A stretch of DNA of 64,000 nucleotides from the NCBI GenBank assembly GCA_963785235.1, contig CAWAUM010000003.1, positions 443,090 to 507,089 on the forward strand. Reading direction: 5' to 3'. The notes under the pieces are model-generated. The model worked only from the letters and a program-made list of their open reading frames with translations, did not search any database and was not told where the DNA came from. A program made the position numbers and the translations under genes. How positions within the stretch are numbered: position 1 is the first letter of the stretch; each line of letters opens with the position of its first letter. The stretch comes from an uncultured delta proteobacterium. Lineage in GTDB: Bacteria > Desulfobacterota > Desulfomonilia > UBA1062. This document shows positions 1-9,605 of this stretch, piece by piece.

Positions 1-516
1 GAGAGAGAGTCTTTCACCTGCAGGCCCTATCGTTGCTATCCTTGCGCCGACACCAAATTCATTTTTCAGTGTTTCCTCAGTGTCTACGGTGTCTTTCCCC
101 CATAACCCAGTAGCATCCCTGAGCTCTGCCTTGCCGTTTCTCACTAATAGCAGCACGGGTTTTTCGCTGATACCCTTAAAAAAGATCCCGTCGTATCCGC
201 ATCGTTTTATAGCCGGAGAAAATGACCCCCCGCAGTTTGCATCTCCCCATCCGCCGGTAAGCGGCGATTTGCCCACAACCATCCACCTGCCTGAAAACAG
301 GCTGCCGGTCCCTGTCAGGAGGCCTGATACGAACCCGAGGATATTGTCCGGACCCAGTGGATCGGCACCTGCCGGTATCCTATTGTACAAAAGATGGGCA
401 GCAAGGCCCGACCCTGCCAGGTATTTCTCATAGACCTCATCAGGCACGACCTCTTCTTTGATATCTTGCGTCGTAAGATCCACCATCAAGATCTTCCCCA
501 TATAACCTTGATCCAT
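1..516 (-). CDS. Aldehyde:ferredoxin oxidoreductase (AOR family), N-terminal part; runs off the window edge
   Basis: Not in the ORF track. Manual translation from ATG 516 (AAGGAGG RBS at ~521-527): MDQGYMGKILMVDLTTQDIKEEVVPDEVYEKYLAGSGLAA...GADPLGPDNILGF...GKSPLTGGWGDANCGGSFSPAIKRCGYDGIFFKG, the typical AOR N-terminal domain. Confidence 0.9.
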   Translation of the reverse strand, partial: MDQGYMGKILMVDLTTQDIKEEVVPDEVYEKYLAGSGLAAHLLYNRIPAGADPLGPDNILGFVSGLLTGTGSLFSGRWMVVGKSPLTGGWGDANCGGSFSPAIKRCGYDGIFFKGISEKPVLLLVRNGKAELRDATGLWGKDTVDTEETLKNEFGVGARIATIGPAGERLSL

Positions 517-743
517 AATCCCTCCTTCTTAAAATACTACCAGAGAATCCATTAATTTCTTGATTTCCACACTTCGAAAGATGGAGATATCGATAAACGA
601 TGTTATTTTAACAGTGTTAATTTTATAAGATTGTTTATGCCAAAGCAAGCGCGGAATCAATCAGACATAGAGATTGTAAGAGAATAGATCCTCGACGAAA
701 CCTCAACCATCATTGCTAAGAGGCAATTACAAAACTACCACTT

Positions 744-817
744 TGTCGATTCCCGCGGAAGCGATACTCCTATTTATGTCAATGGATTCTAGACCCCCGC
801 TTTCGTGGGGATGACAG
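744..817. repeat. Degenerate REP/dRS3-like palindromic intergenic element
   Basis: TGTCGATTCCCGCGGAAGCGATACTCC...TAGACCCCCGCTTTCGTGGGGATGACA resembles the widespread GTCATTCCCGCGAAAGCGGGAATCC...GGATTCCCGCTTTCGCGGGAATGAC double-hairpin repeat. Confidence 0.55.
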
Positions 818-842
818 TTTTTATTAATTCTGCAAGAAGCTC

Positions 843-1295
843 TTAAGAAAGTATTTCCACCAACTGCCTCTCAAGTTCTTCTTGTGACTGGGCACCAATA
901 ATGTTTTTTATGGCATTGCCTTTCTTGAAAAGAACAAGACTCGGGATGGACCGGATACCATAGCGTGAGGCTGTAACAGGATTTTCATCTACATTCACCT
1001 TCACAACTTTAAGCCTGCCAATATATTTTATAGCGAGATTATCAAGTATAGGTGAGACCATCTTGCACAGCCCGCACCATGGAGCCCAGAAATCAACAAG
1101 TACCGTCCCGGGGTAATTGAGGACTTCATTGCTAAAGTTTGCATCGCTCGCTACGGTAGGATGTACAGGAGCAGTTGCTGCATCAATAGGCCCATGGCAC
1201 TTACCGCAGAAGGCCTTTTTATCAATGCGGCTCCTGGGTATTCTATTTTTGGCACCGCACTTGGAGCAGATTACAATAAAACTTTCATTATCCAT
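843..1295 (-). CDS. trxC: Thioredoxin 2 (N-terminal Zn finger)
   Basis: CSKC...CGKC Zn ribbon followed by the thioredoxin fold VDFWAPWCGLC...YGIRSIP. Confidence 0.9.
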   Translation of the reverse strand: MDNESFIVICSKCGAKNRIPRSRIDKKAFCGKCHGPIDAATAPVHPTVASDANFSNEVLNYPGTVLVDFWAPWCGLCKMVSPILDNLAIKYIGRLKVVKVNVDENPVTASRYGIRSIPSLVLFKKGNAIKNIIGAQSQEELERQLVEILS

Positions 1296-1621
1296 TTTCT
1301 TTCCTTTATACGCTTCAGGACGTACATGAACCTACCTACCAACCGATAATCTCCCTTTTTTCCTTTCTTGTCTTTTCCTTCCTTTCTTTTCTATAGGGGC
1401 TCATCCCATCATTTTTCCAGGGGGGGGTAGATAATAATTTCCATTTATGTACGATTGGATTCAGCATAGTGAGAATCATATTGACATGCGGATCAGGATT
1501 ACTTATACTCATGCCAGATTGATATATTGATCAATTTTATCTCTTTGTATTTATTCATTTTATCAAGCTGTTCAGATTAAAGTAAAGAGATAAGACTACT
1601 TAGCAAAGGAGAATAACAGCT

Positions 1622-3262
1622 ATGACAGCCTTCCGAGAGATCACCATGGGTAAACTCATCAGAGAAACCGCATTAAAATTTCCGGACAACGACGCCCTCA
1701 TATACCCGGATATCAACCTCAGGTTGAGTTATCAGGAATTGCTTGAAAAAACTATAGGGGTCGCAAAGGGGTTTATGGCGCTGGGTATACAGAATGGTGA
1801 TCATGTCTCGGTATGGACAACAAATATACCCGAATGGGTCTACTTGCAGTTCGGACTAGGGATGATAGGTGCAGTGCTTGTGACAGTGAACACAAATTAT
1901 AAATCCAATGAGCTCGAATATATCCTCAACCAATCCGATTCCACTACCTTGGTTCTTATGGAGGAATACAAGGATACTAACTTCTACAAAACCACCCAAG
2001 AGGTTATCCCTGAGTTAAATTCCGCCACACCGGGAAAACTGGGCGTACCAAAATTGCCAGATCTCAAAAATGTGATTTATATTGGTAATAGGAAAGAAAC
2101 CCCTGGGATGTTTTCTTTTGATCAGATTTTTGCCATGGGCAAGGACATATCTGATGAACAGCTAGCAAAACGCGAAAACATGGTTCAATTCAATGATGTT
2201 GTGAACATGCAGTATACATCCGGCACCACCGGCTTCCCTAAAGGTGTAATGCTCACACACTACAATATCATCAATAATGCACGGATGGTCGGCGATGTCA
2301 TGGGCATGACCGAAAAAGACCGGTTGCTTATACAAGTCCCCCTTTTCCATTGCTTCGGATGCGTCATGAGCTCGCTTAACTGTATGGTGCACGGCTCAAC
2401 AATGGTTCTCGTGGAGTATTTTGATCCTGCAAAGGCATTGAAATACATCGAGCAGGAAAAGTGCACAGCAATTAACGGCGTCCCGACCATGTTCATCGCC
2501 ATCCTTGGTCATGCAGAGTTCAGCAAGTATTCTATGAAGTCCCTCAGGACAGGAATTATGGCTGGGGCGCCCTGCCCGATTGATACAATGAATCAGGTAA
2601 TCGAGATAATGCATTGCCCTGAGGTCGTGATCGCTTTCGGTCAGACAGAATCCTCTCCTGTGATGACCATGACAAGGAGAGATGATCCTATTGACTTTAG
2701 GGTAGCAACAGTTGGGAGACTGCTGCCTGACATAGAAGGTAAAATCATAGACCCGGCAACAGGAGATGATCTTCCCCCCGATATTCAAGGTGAAATCGTC
2801 ACTAGGAGCTCATGTGTCATGAAGGGTTACTATAAGATGCAAGATGAAACGGCCTATGCAATAGACAAGGATGGGTGGCTCCATACAGGCGACCTAGGCA
2901 CCGTTGATGAACTTGGGTACTTTAAAGTCACTGGCAGGATCAAGGAAATGATCATCCGTGGCGGGGAAAACATATACCCCAGAGAGATCGAGGAATATCT
3001 CCGAAAAAACACAAAGGTAATGGATGTCTATGTAGTCGGCATCCCTGATAAAAAATATGGTGAACAGGTCCTTGCTGCTATTATGTTAAAACCGGGAGAG
3101 AATGCCACTGACAATGAATTTATCTCCTTCTGTCAGGGAAAGATAGCCCGTCATAAGATACCAAGATATTGGGAATTTGTGGAATCAGTACCCATGACCG
3201 CGAGTGGAAAGGTGCAGAAATTTAAGATGGTGGAACAGTACGCCCAGAAATACTCAAATTGA
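1622..3262 (+). CDS. AMP-forming acyl-CoA synthetase (fatty-acid-CoA ligase, YngI/ACSF2-like)
   Basis: YTSGTTGFPKG AMP-binding loop, FGQTESSP, GWLHTGD, IIRGGENIYPREIE; AAGGAG RBS. Confidence 0.92.
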   Translation: MTAFREITMGKLIRETALKFPDNDALIYPDINLRLSYQELLEKTIGVAKGFMALGIQNGDHVSVWTTNIPEWVYLQFGLGMIGAVLVTVNTNYKSNELEYILNQSDSTTLVLMEEYKDTNFYKTTQEVIPELNSATPGKLGVPKLPDLKNVIYIGNRKETPGMFSFDQIFAMGKDISDEQLAKRENMVQFNDVVNMQYTSGTTGFPKGVMLTHYNIINNARMVGDVMGMTEKDRLLIQVPLFHCFGCVMSSLNCMVHGSTMVLVEYFDPAKALKYIEQEKCTAINGVPTMFIAILGHAEFSKYSMKSLRTGIMAGAPCPIDTMNQVIEIMHCPEVVIAFGQTESSPVMTMTRRDDPIDFRVATVGRLLPDIEGKIIDPATGDDLPPDIQGEIVTRSSCVMKGYYKMQDETAYAIDKDGWLHTGDLGTVDELGYFKVTGRIKEMIIRGGENIYPREIEEYLRKNTKVMDVYVVGIPDKKYGEQVLAAIMLKPGENATDNEFISFCQGKIARHKIPRYWEFVESVPMTASGKVQKFKMVEQYAQKYSN

Positions 3263-3284
3263 TCAAACTGCTGATAAATCTATA

Positions 3285-3344
3285 AAAGGTTGCGCCTTCA
3301 TTCTGAGCTGACCAGATTGGGAATCGAGGCGCAACCTTTCTTTT
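3285..3344. terminator. Hairpin between convergent genes, probable terminator
   Basis: 13-bp arms AAAGGTTGCGCCT (3285-3297) / AGGCGCAACCTTT (3327-3339), with a T-run after and an A-run before. Confidence 0.65.
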
Positions 3345-3381
3345 AAGGTCTATAATATACCCCTAAGTTTGAATGATCCGT

Positions 3382-5493
3382 TTATCTATCCACTTTTCTG
3401 ACCCTCATTCGTGCATCAAGTGCAAGGAGACCTTTGTCTTCGGAAAAAACTCTGACCGGATTGACATCGAGTTCATCTATGCGGGCGAATCTGTTCATAA
3501 GGTGGGATACCCTCACCACGCAATCAACAAATGCATCGATGTCATAAGGATCTTGTCCCCGGTATCCCTTGAGTAAAGTAAATGATTTCAACCTTTCCAG
3601 TTTTTTCATAACCTCCTGTGGCGTTGTCGGGCACAATACAGTAGCAACATCTTTTAAGATCTCAATAAACACACCTCCCATCCCGAAGAACACTACCGGC
3701 CCAAATGAGGTATCATGTTTTGCACCGATGAACATATCGCATCCAGTCGACGCCATTTGTCCGATCCTTACACCCTTGAACCGTGCATCCCTCTTGTAAG
3801 CAAAGAGATTATCTCTAAGTTCCTTATATGACCGCCTTACCTGGTTCACATCCCGAACATTGAGCACTACACCTCCTGCTTCGGACTTGTGGAGTGCATC
3901 TGGAGAGACAACTTTCATTACAACAGGAAATCCTATCTTCTGAGCATACTTTGCAGCCTGATCTGCATCTTGCGTCACCATGCTTTTTGCTGCAGACACA
4001 CCGAATGTCTCCAATAGCTCTATGGATTCTTCTCCTAAGTCACCGGACTTGTCCTGTATCCATGAGTCGGCCTTACGCAACCGGACCCCTCCCGGCATCT
4101 CAGTTTTGAAAGCAGGTTGCAACTTGTGCTCATGGAATTTCATCTGCATTGCCATGACCCGAACCATCTCTTCAGCGCTGTTGAAAACCGGGAAATTCAC
4201 TGTCCGCTTTGTCTGCAAGATCATTCTCGAAGGTCCGAAGAGGCATATCCCGAGAGGTTTCCCCGAAGAGAGGATCGTTCCCCAGGCCTCTTTCGACATA
4301 TCAGTGAGGAACATGCGGTAAAAGACATTTTCCCCGGCCGGCATCTGGGGGCGTTGGCCAACAAAGAGCACACCATCAACCTGATCGCTGTGCATTACGG
4401 AATAGATCACATGGGCTGAAAGCTGCGGATCGTAGATATCCCCCATATCCAGCGGGTTCGAGAACTTTATGACGCCGGCATTGGAAAACTTCTGCAAGCT
4501 TTCATAGAAATCCTGACCAGGGTCAGCAAAGGTAAAGCCGGCCTTCTCACAAAGGTCTGTAGTGATGACGGAGAATCCTCCGGCAGGGCTCATCACCATG
4601 ACCCTCCTTCCCTTCATGGGAGGGAGTTCGAATGCCTTCACCGTGGCAAAGAAATCATGGTAGTTGTGGATACGGATCACACCAGCGCGCTCAAAAGCTG
4701 TATCGAGGATTACATCATCATTGCTGAGCGCAGCGGTATGGCTCATGGCAGCCTTTCTCCCGGCGCTCGTCGTATTTGATTTCAGTACAACAATAGGTTT
4801 GGGGCTCTGCATGGCAACCTCGATGAACCGCTGCCCCCTTTCGATGCTCTCCAGATACAGACAGATAATCTTTGTATCCGGATCGGAAATGAAATATTCG
4901 AGGAAGTCTACTTCGTCGAGATCGAGCTTGTTTCCGATACTCGCAAACTTGGCCATCCCGATATTCTCGTCTACAAGAAAATTGAACATCATGAGGGCTA
5001 CCCCTCCGCTCTGGGCTATCACCGACATGCCGCCCTCAGGCGCCTTGTGGAGAGGAACGAAAGGCAGACAAAGGCCATTGGCCGTGTTGGCAACCGTTAC
5101 CCCATTGGGCCCGACGAACCTGATCCCCCATTTCCGGGCCGCCCCGAGTGTCTTTTCTGCAAGCTTTCTCCCCTCTTCGCTGAACTCGGAAAAGCCTCCG
5201 CTCGAGATAGCCATCCGTTTGATGCCGAACCTACCGCATTGTTCGACCACATCGGGTACAAACCTGGCAGGGATAAGACAGTATGCCAAGTCCGGCACTT
5301 CTGGAAGGTCCGCAAGACTGCGGTATATCTTTATGCCGTCGACATGAATGTCCTCGCCTTTGGGATTGATCCCGAAGATCCTGCCCCGGTATCCCCAGCG
5401 GAGCATGTTTTCCAGGGTCATCCGGGGAATGTTGCTGGATTTTGAAGAAAGCCCGAAGATCGCTATTGATTCAGGATAAAAAAGTTTTTCCAT
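3382..5493 (-). CDS. ADP-forming acyl-CoA synthetase (acetate-CoA ligase family, fused alpha/beta)
   Basis: CoA-binding N-domain, GPNG, SQSGG-like AQSGG, catalytic His in AAMSHTAAL, C-terminal ATP-grasp (HKSEAGGV, FGPVVFFGMGG, ELDVNP). Start moved to ATG 5493 because of a GGAGG RBS. Confidence 0.9.
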   Translation of the reverse strand: MEKLFYPESIAIFGLSSKSSNIPRMTLENMLRWGYRGRIFGINPKGEDIHVDGIKIYRSLADLPEVPDLAYCLIPARFVPDVVEQCGRFGIKRMAISSGGFSEFSEEGRKLAEKTLGAARKWGIRFVGPNGVTVANTANGLCLPFVPLHKAPEGGMSVIAQSGGVALMMFNFLVDENIGMAKFASIGNKLDLDEVDFLEYFISDPDTKIICLYLESIERGQRFIEVAMQSPKPIVVLKSNTTSAGRKAAMSHTAALSNDDVILDTAFERAGVIRIHNYHDFFATVKAFELPPMKGRRVMVMSPAGGFSVITTDLCEKAGFTFADPGQDFYESLQKFSNAGVIKFSNPLDMGDIYDPQLSAHVIYSVMHSDQVDGVLFVGQRPQMPAGENVFYRMFLTDMSKEAWGTILSSGKPLGICLFGPSRMILQTKRTVNFPVFNSAEEMVRVMAMQMKFHEHKLQPAFKTEMPGGVRLRKADSWIQDKSGDLGEESIELLETFGVSAAKSMVTQDADQAAKYAQKIGFPVVMKVVSPDALHKSEAGGVVLNVRDVNQVRRSYKELRDNLFAYKRDARFKGVRIGQMASTGCDMFIGAKHDTSFGPVVFFGMGGVFIEILKDVATVLCPTTPQEVMKKLERLKSFTLLKGYRGQDPYDIDAFVDCVVRVSHLMNRFARIDELDVNPVRVFSEDKGLLALDARMRVRKVDR

Positions 5494-5641
5494 ACATACC
5501 CTCCACATAGTGAGGTTGTGAAATCACTGTTTCTCATCTCATGGTGCCCATGGGAACTTGGAGTATTTGAGTAGGATTATTATAATAAACTCATTTGGGG
5601 CGTAATGCATGTTATTTTCAGTCTTCAAAAACGAAAGGATA

Positions 5642-5675
5642 CCGGGTGCAAAGGCATGAAAACCCCTGCACCCGG
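5642..5675 (-). terminator. Stem-loop after the acyl-CoA dehydrogenase gene
   Basis: CCGGGTGCA / TGCACCCGG arms just past the stop codon. Confidence 0.5.
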
Positions 5676-5681
5676 ATGTTG

Positions 5682-7547
5682 CTATGAGGCAAAACTTTCT
5701 TCGGGTATCTCGATGATGGACATATCCTCATTCTTGATGGCCTTCACTGCAGCATCCACCTCCGGGAGCACATTTCTGATGAAATACTGGGCGCCGGCAA
5801 CTTTGCCTATGTAGAACGCGGCATCCTTGCTGGATTTTGCCAACCCGGCTAGAGCCGTTTTATCCGCAGGATCGATGCCGTTCTGCCTGGCAAGCCCATC
5901 GAGCTTTTGCTTGGCAACACCCGCTTGCCAATAGAGGAACCAGCCGGATACCACCTTGCCCATCATCATGAGGAAGGGATAAGCACTGCTGATGGGCACG
6001 AAAAACTTGCCTGCCTTTCCACAATTCGCCAAATAAAGACCCATATCAGCAAGGGCATCCACACTTGCCTGAACGTTGTTGGCAAGATCCTTCAAGCCAT
6101 CCACATCTTTATATTTCGTCACGGTAGAACCCATGAGGCTAAGTATATTCATGAAATAGACACCCTTCTTCATACCCAGCTTTCTGCCAATGAGGTCCAG
6201 GGCCTGGATACCGTTTGCCCCCTCATAGATGGATGCAATCTTTTCATCCCGCATGAACTGCTCCACCGGGTATTCGCTGCAGAAGCCATATCCGCCATAA
6301 CACTGCATGGCAGTCTCCGTAACCTTGAACCCGATGTCTGAGCTGTAGGCCTTTACAATAGGAGTTAGTATCTCTGCATATCCGAGCCACTTGTCTTTTT
6401 CTGCATCATCTGATGCAATCTTATGCATGTCAAAGCAGTACGCCGTAAAGTAAGTTAAGGCCCGCAGGCTGTCCACGTTGGACTTCATCCACAGGAGCAT
6501 CCTTCTCACATCCGGGTGCTGTATAATTGGCACACGCGGAGCCTCAGGGTTCTTCATTTCCAGGAGGGATGACCCCTGGAGCCTCTGTTTGGTATACTGG
6601 AGCGCATGCAGATATGCGATGGAAGCACTGCAGAGGCCCTGCATGCCGACGGCAAGCCTGGCCTCGTTCATCATCTGGAACATGATCTTCATGCCCTCGC
6701 GCTCCTGACCCAGAAGCTCTGCATAGCAATTGTTGTTGTCACCGAAATTGATCAGGCATGTCGCGCTGCCGTGGATACCCATCTTCTCTTCAATCTTGGC
6801 GATCTCATAATCATTGCGTTTACCTAGCGTGTCATCATCGTTGACGAGATACTTGGGGACAATGAATATCGAAATCCCCTTGGTGCCGGCCGGGTCACCC
6901 TCGATCCTTGCAAGAACCGGATGGATAACGTTCTCTACCAAGTCCTGGTCTCCACCGGTGATGAATATCTTTGTTCCCTGAAGTTTAAAGGTTCCATCAG
7001 GCTGACGTATCGCCTTGGTGCTCAGGTTCCCCACGTCGGTACCTGCACCCGGCTCTGTGAGCGCCATAGTCCCGCCCCAGACACCCTGGACCATCTTCTC
7101 CATGTACTTCTTTTTCTGCACCTCGGTTCCGTAGGTCAGGATAAGGTGAGCTGCCCCTTCGGTGGCAAAAGGATAGGCAATGAAGGCGAAGTTATGGTAG
7201 AACCATTCGATAGCTGCATATTTCACACTCTCAGGTATACCCTGCCCTCCCTCCTCAGGGGGAAAAGACATACCGAGCCAACCACCTTCACAAAAGAGCT
7301 TATATGCCCGATGGAAGCATTTAGGCACGTGCACCTTCCCGTCAATGAGCTTGCATCCTTCTTTGTCACCCTCCGCAAGTGTGGGAAGGATCTCTTCCTC
7401 TGCGATCTTCTGTGCCTCGGTGAGGATCATGTTAAAGGTCTCTTTGGAGAAATCCGCATACTTCGTTTGTTCACATACCTTCTCCACCCCAAGCATCTCA
7501 TAGAGAACAAACTGTTGATCCCGTTCATCCAAAATCAAGCTCGACAT
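5682..7547 (-). CDS. Acyl-CoA dehydrogenase (long DmdC/FadE5-like type)
   Basis: MALTEPGAGTD, GTKIFIT, EKMGIHGSATC, MNEARL, GGYGF..EYPVEQ, IYEGANGIQALDL. Confidence 0.93.
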   Translation of the reverse strand: MSSLILDERDQQFVLYEMLGVEKVCEQTKYADFSKETFNMILTEAQKIAEEEILPTLAEGDKEGCKLIDGKVHVPKCFHRAYKLFCEGGWLGMSFPPEEGGQGIPESVKYAAIEWFYHNFAFIAYPFATEGAAHLILTYGTEVQKKKYMEKMVQGVWGGTMALTEPGAGTDVGNLSTKAIRQPDGTFKLQGTKIFITGGDQDLVENVIHPVLARIEGDPAGTKGISIFIVPKYLVNDDDTLGKRNDYEIAKIEEKMGIHGSATCLINFGDNNNCYAELLGQEREGMKIMFQMMNEARLAVGMQGLCSASIAYLHALQYTKQRLQGSSLLEMKNPEAPRVPIIQHPDVRRMLLWMKSNVDSLRALTYFTAYCFDMHKIASDDAEKDKWLGYAEILTPIVKAYSSDIGFKVTETAMQCYGGYGFCSEYPVEQFMRDEKIASIYEGANGIQALDLIGRKLGMKKGVYFMNILSLMGSTVTKYKDVDGLKDLANNVQASVDALADMGLYLANCGKAGKFFVPISSAYPFLMMMGKVVSGWFLYWQAGVAKQKLDGLARQNGIDPADKTALAGLAKSSKDAAFYIGKVAGAQYFIRNVLPEVDAAVKAIKNEDMSIIEIPEESFAS

Positions 7548-7789
7548 CTTAATCCCCCTCCTCTTGGTTAATAATTCATCTTATGCAATATAGTATTCAA
7601 TTATCTGACAAATGAATCAAGAGTTCTTTTGACATGGCTAGCCCAGAAATAAATACAATTCATCTAAATCTAAAGGTTGGAACTTGGGGCAAGACAGTTA
7701 ATAGCCGGCAAGGATCGCCCAACTCCCGGATACAGCTGCTTGACATCTAAAGATTGTTCCAGAATAATCATTTTCAGGAGGACATACTG

Positions 7790-8116
7790 ATGATGCCCGA
7801 TACACAAGGATACTGCATTGTTTTCTGCTCATGTCCGAACGATGTACATGCAGAGATGCTCTCCCGATCCCTAATTGAAAGCGGGCTCGCTGCATGTGTC
7901 CAGATTCTTCCCATAAGGAGCTTTTACGAATGGAAAGGGGAGATCTGTAAAGAAGAGGAACGGCTACTCCTTATCAAGACAAAGAGTTCCCTCTATAACA
8001 GTATCGAGGATTTCATCTCAAGAAATCACCCATATGAAGTGCCCGAGATTTTGATGGTCCCGGCAGCCAAGGGTCTTGAAAAATACTTAACCTGGATCGA
8101 AACCGTGTGCAGATAA
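7790..8116 (+). CDS. cutA: Divalent-cation tolerance protein CutA
   Basis: LAACVQI, S.YEWKG, HPYEVPEI motifs; AGGAGG RBS before ATG 7790. Confidence 0.92.
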   Translation: MMPDTQGYCIVFCSCPNDVHAEMLSRSLIESGLAACVQILPIRSFYEWKGEICKEEERLLLIKTKSSLYNSIEDFISRNHPYEVPEILMVPAAKGLEKYLTWIETVCR

Positions 8117-8166
8117 ACCAATTAACAAAAGCCTACATCATCCTTATATTCCCTGCTTATTGTTCC

Positions 8167-8226
8167 TTGACACCCATGGTGTCTATCTCGTATTGTTCGA
8201 GCGAACATTATTGTAACATTATTGTA
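8167..8226 (+). promoter_or_regulatory. Putative sigma70 promoter with palindromes and an 11-bp tandem repeat upstream of parA
   Basis: TTGACA (8167) N18 TATTGT (8191); palindromes GACACC-cat-GGTGTC and TGTTCG-ag-CGAACA; AACATTATTGT twice (8204-8225). Confidence 0.5.
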
Positions 8227-8258
8227 TAGTGCATTAAGATCATCATGCAGGGGAGATC

Positions 8259-8993
8259 ATGATCATCAGCTTTGTCCAAACCAAGGGTGGAACCGGCAAA
8301 AGCACACTGGCATTGAATATTGCTTTCTCAAAGCACATTAATAAATTATTTCAATCCATTGCCCTTGTAGAACTGGACCCACAGGGAACGCTGAGGGCAT
8401 GGTGGGATGAGCGCACAGAACTCGGCAAAAAGACTCTCAACGTGTCATTTCATCACATATCCAGCACACAGAAAGAGGTCTTTGCAGACGGGATCAAATC
8501 CATTTCAGCACACAACGATCTCATTGTCATGGACATACCCGGCGAGAGCACAGGCAAGCTCCATACCCGTTTTGCCTGTGCCGTATCCGATTTGGTTATC
8601 ATACCAATGAGAACCTCCACCAACGATGAGGCTGCCTTCGCAGATAATCTCTACCCAATTATCAAAGAGGTCATCAAGGTCGATCCCAAAAGGAAGAGTA
8701 ATTTTTTTGTGCTCCCGTCCTTTACCCACCCCAAGGCCAATACGAAAACTATAGCGGATTATTTCAGTGCTATCCTTCCTCCAAACGTGGGATGTCTGAA
8801 CATCGCCTATCCGGATAGAACAGTTTATGAGAACTTCAATCGTGAAGGTAATACCTTGGGTGAATATTCCCTGTCAGTAAGCACAAATAAAAGACATCAC
8901 AAGCAGACCCTCATGGCAATCCATGACATGGAGGAGATTGCCAAAACCCTTACCACCTTGATGGAGAATGAATATGTCTTTGCCAAAAAATAG
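8259..8993 (+). CDS. Orphan ParA/MinD-family ATPase (short ParF/McdA-like)
   Basis: Deviant Walker A KGGTGKST, ELDPQG, IVMDIPG, SDLVIIP; no N-terminal HTH. Confidence 0.85.
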   Translation: MIISFVQTKGGTGKSTLALNIAFSKHINKLFQSIALVELDPQGTLRAWWDERTELGKKTLNVSFHHISSTQKEVFADGIKSISAHNDLIVMDIPGESTGKLHTRFACAVSDLVIIPMRTSTNDEAAFADNLYPIIKEVIKVDPKRKSNFFVLPSFTHPKANTKTIADYFSAILPPNVGCLNIAYPDRTVYENFNREGNTLGEYSLSVSTNKRHHKQTLMAIHDMEEIAKTLTTLMENEYVFAKK

Positions 8994-9432
8994 AAAAAGG
9001 CGTGGTGAAAACCAGAACTCAGGTAAAGAAAAACCTGACCATCTTCCCGCATCAAACCAGGACATCGGATCGAACAAAGAATCAGATATGACTCCTGGGA
9101 ACTCTGCCAGAAACAATCAAATGATCAAAGCCTTTGAGATCGTTGACCATATTGAGCAAGTTCATGGAATGAGCGGCAACCATGAGCAGAAACCTACCAG
9201 CACATCATCGATCTCACCGGTGAATAACCAGGGATCTGCCAACACGAAGAGGCTCCAGGTAAACGTTTCTTTCAGCTCAACACCCGACAAAAATATTTCA
9301 GCTCATGACCGGACCAGAGATGATAACATGCCAGTTATTGAGGTAAAATTCAAAATACCAACCTTCTTCCGGAAAGTGCCTATTCTTAAAGGCATAACAG
9401 ATAACCTTATTAGGCGATTCGCAAAAGACTAA
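8968..9432 (+). CDS. Hypothetical protein, putative ParA partner
   Basis: Overlaps the parA end, GGAG RBS; basic N-terminus, low-complexity N/S/Q-rich body, amphipathic C-terminus. Confidence 0.6.
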   Translation: MNMSLPKNRKRRGENQNSGKEKPDHLPASNQDIGSNKESDMTPGNSARNNQMIKAFEIVDHIEQVHGMSGNHEQKPTSTSSISPVNNQGSANTKRLQVNVSFSSTPDKNISAHDRTRDDNMPVIEVKFKIPTFFRKVPILKGITDNLIRRFAKD

Positions 9433-9605
9433 GATCTGCTGCTTATTTTCTATGGCTGCTCCAGGGCATCCCTGGCATCAAGACAACCTTTTTCTATGAA
9501 TATAACTTTCTTCTTCCCAGTGCCTCTAGTTTATCCTGTCATTGTATTTTGCCGATAGAGTTGCTATATAAGCGCACACACTATGCATTCACTGGCTAAA
9601 CTCAC

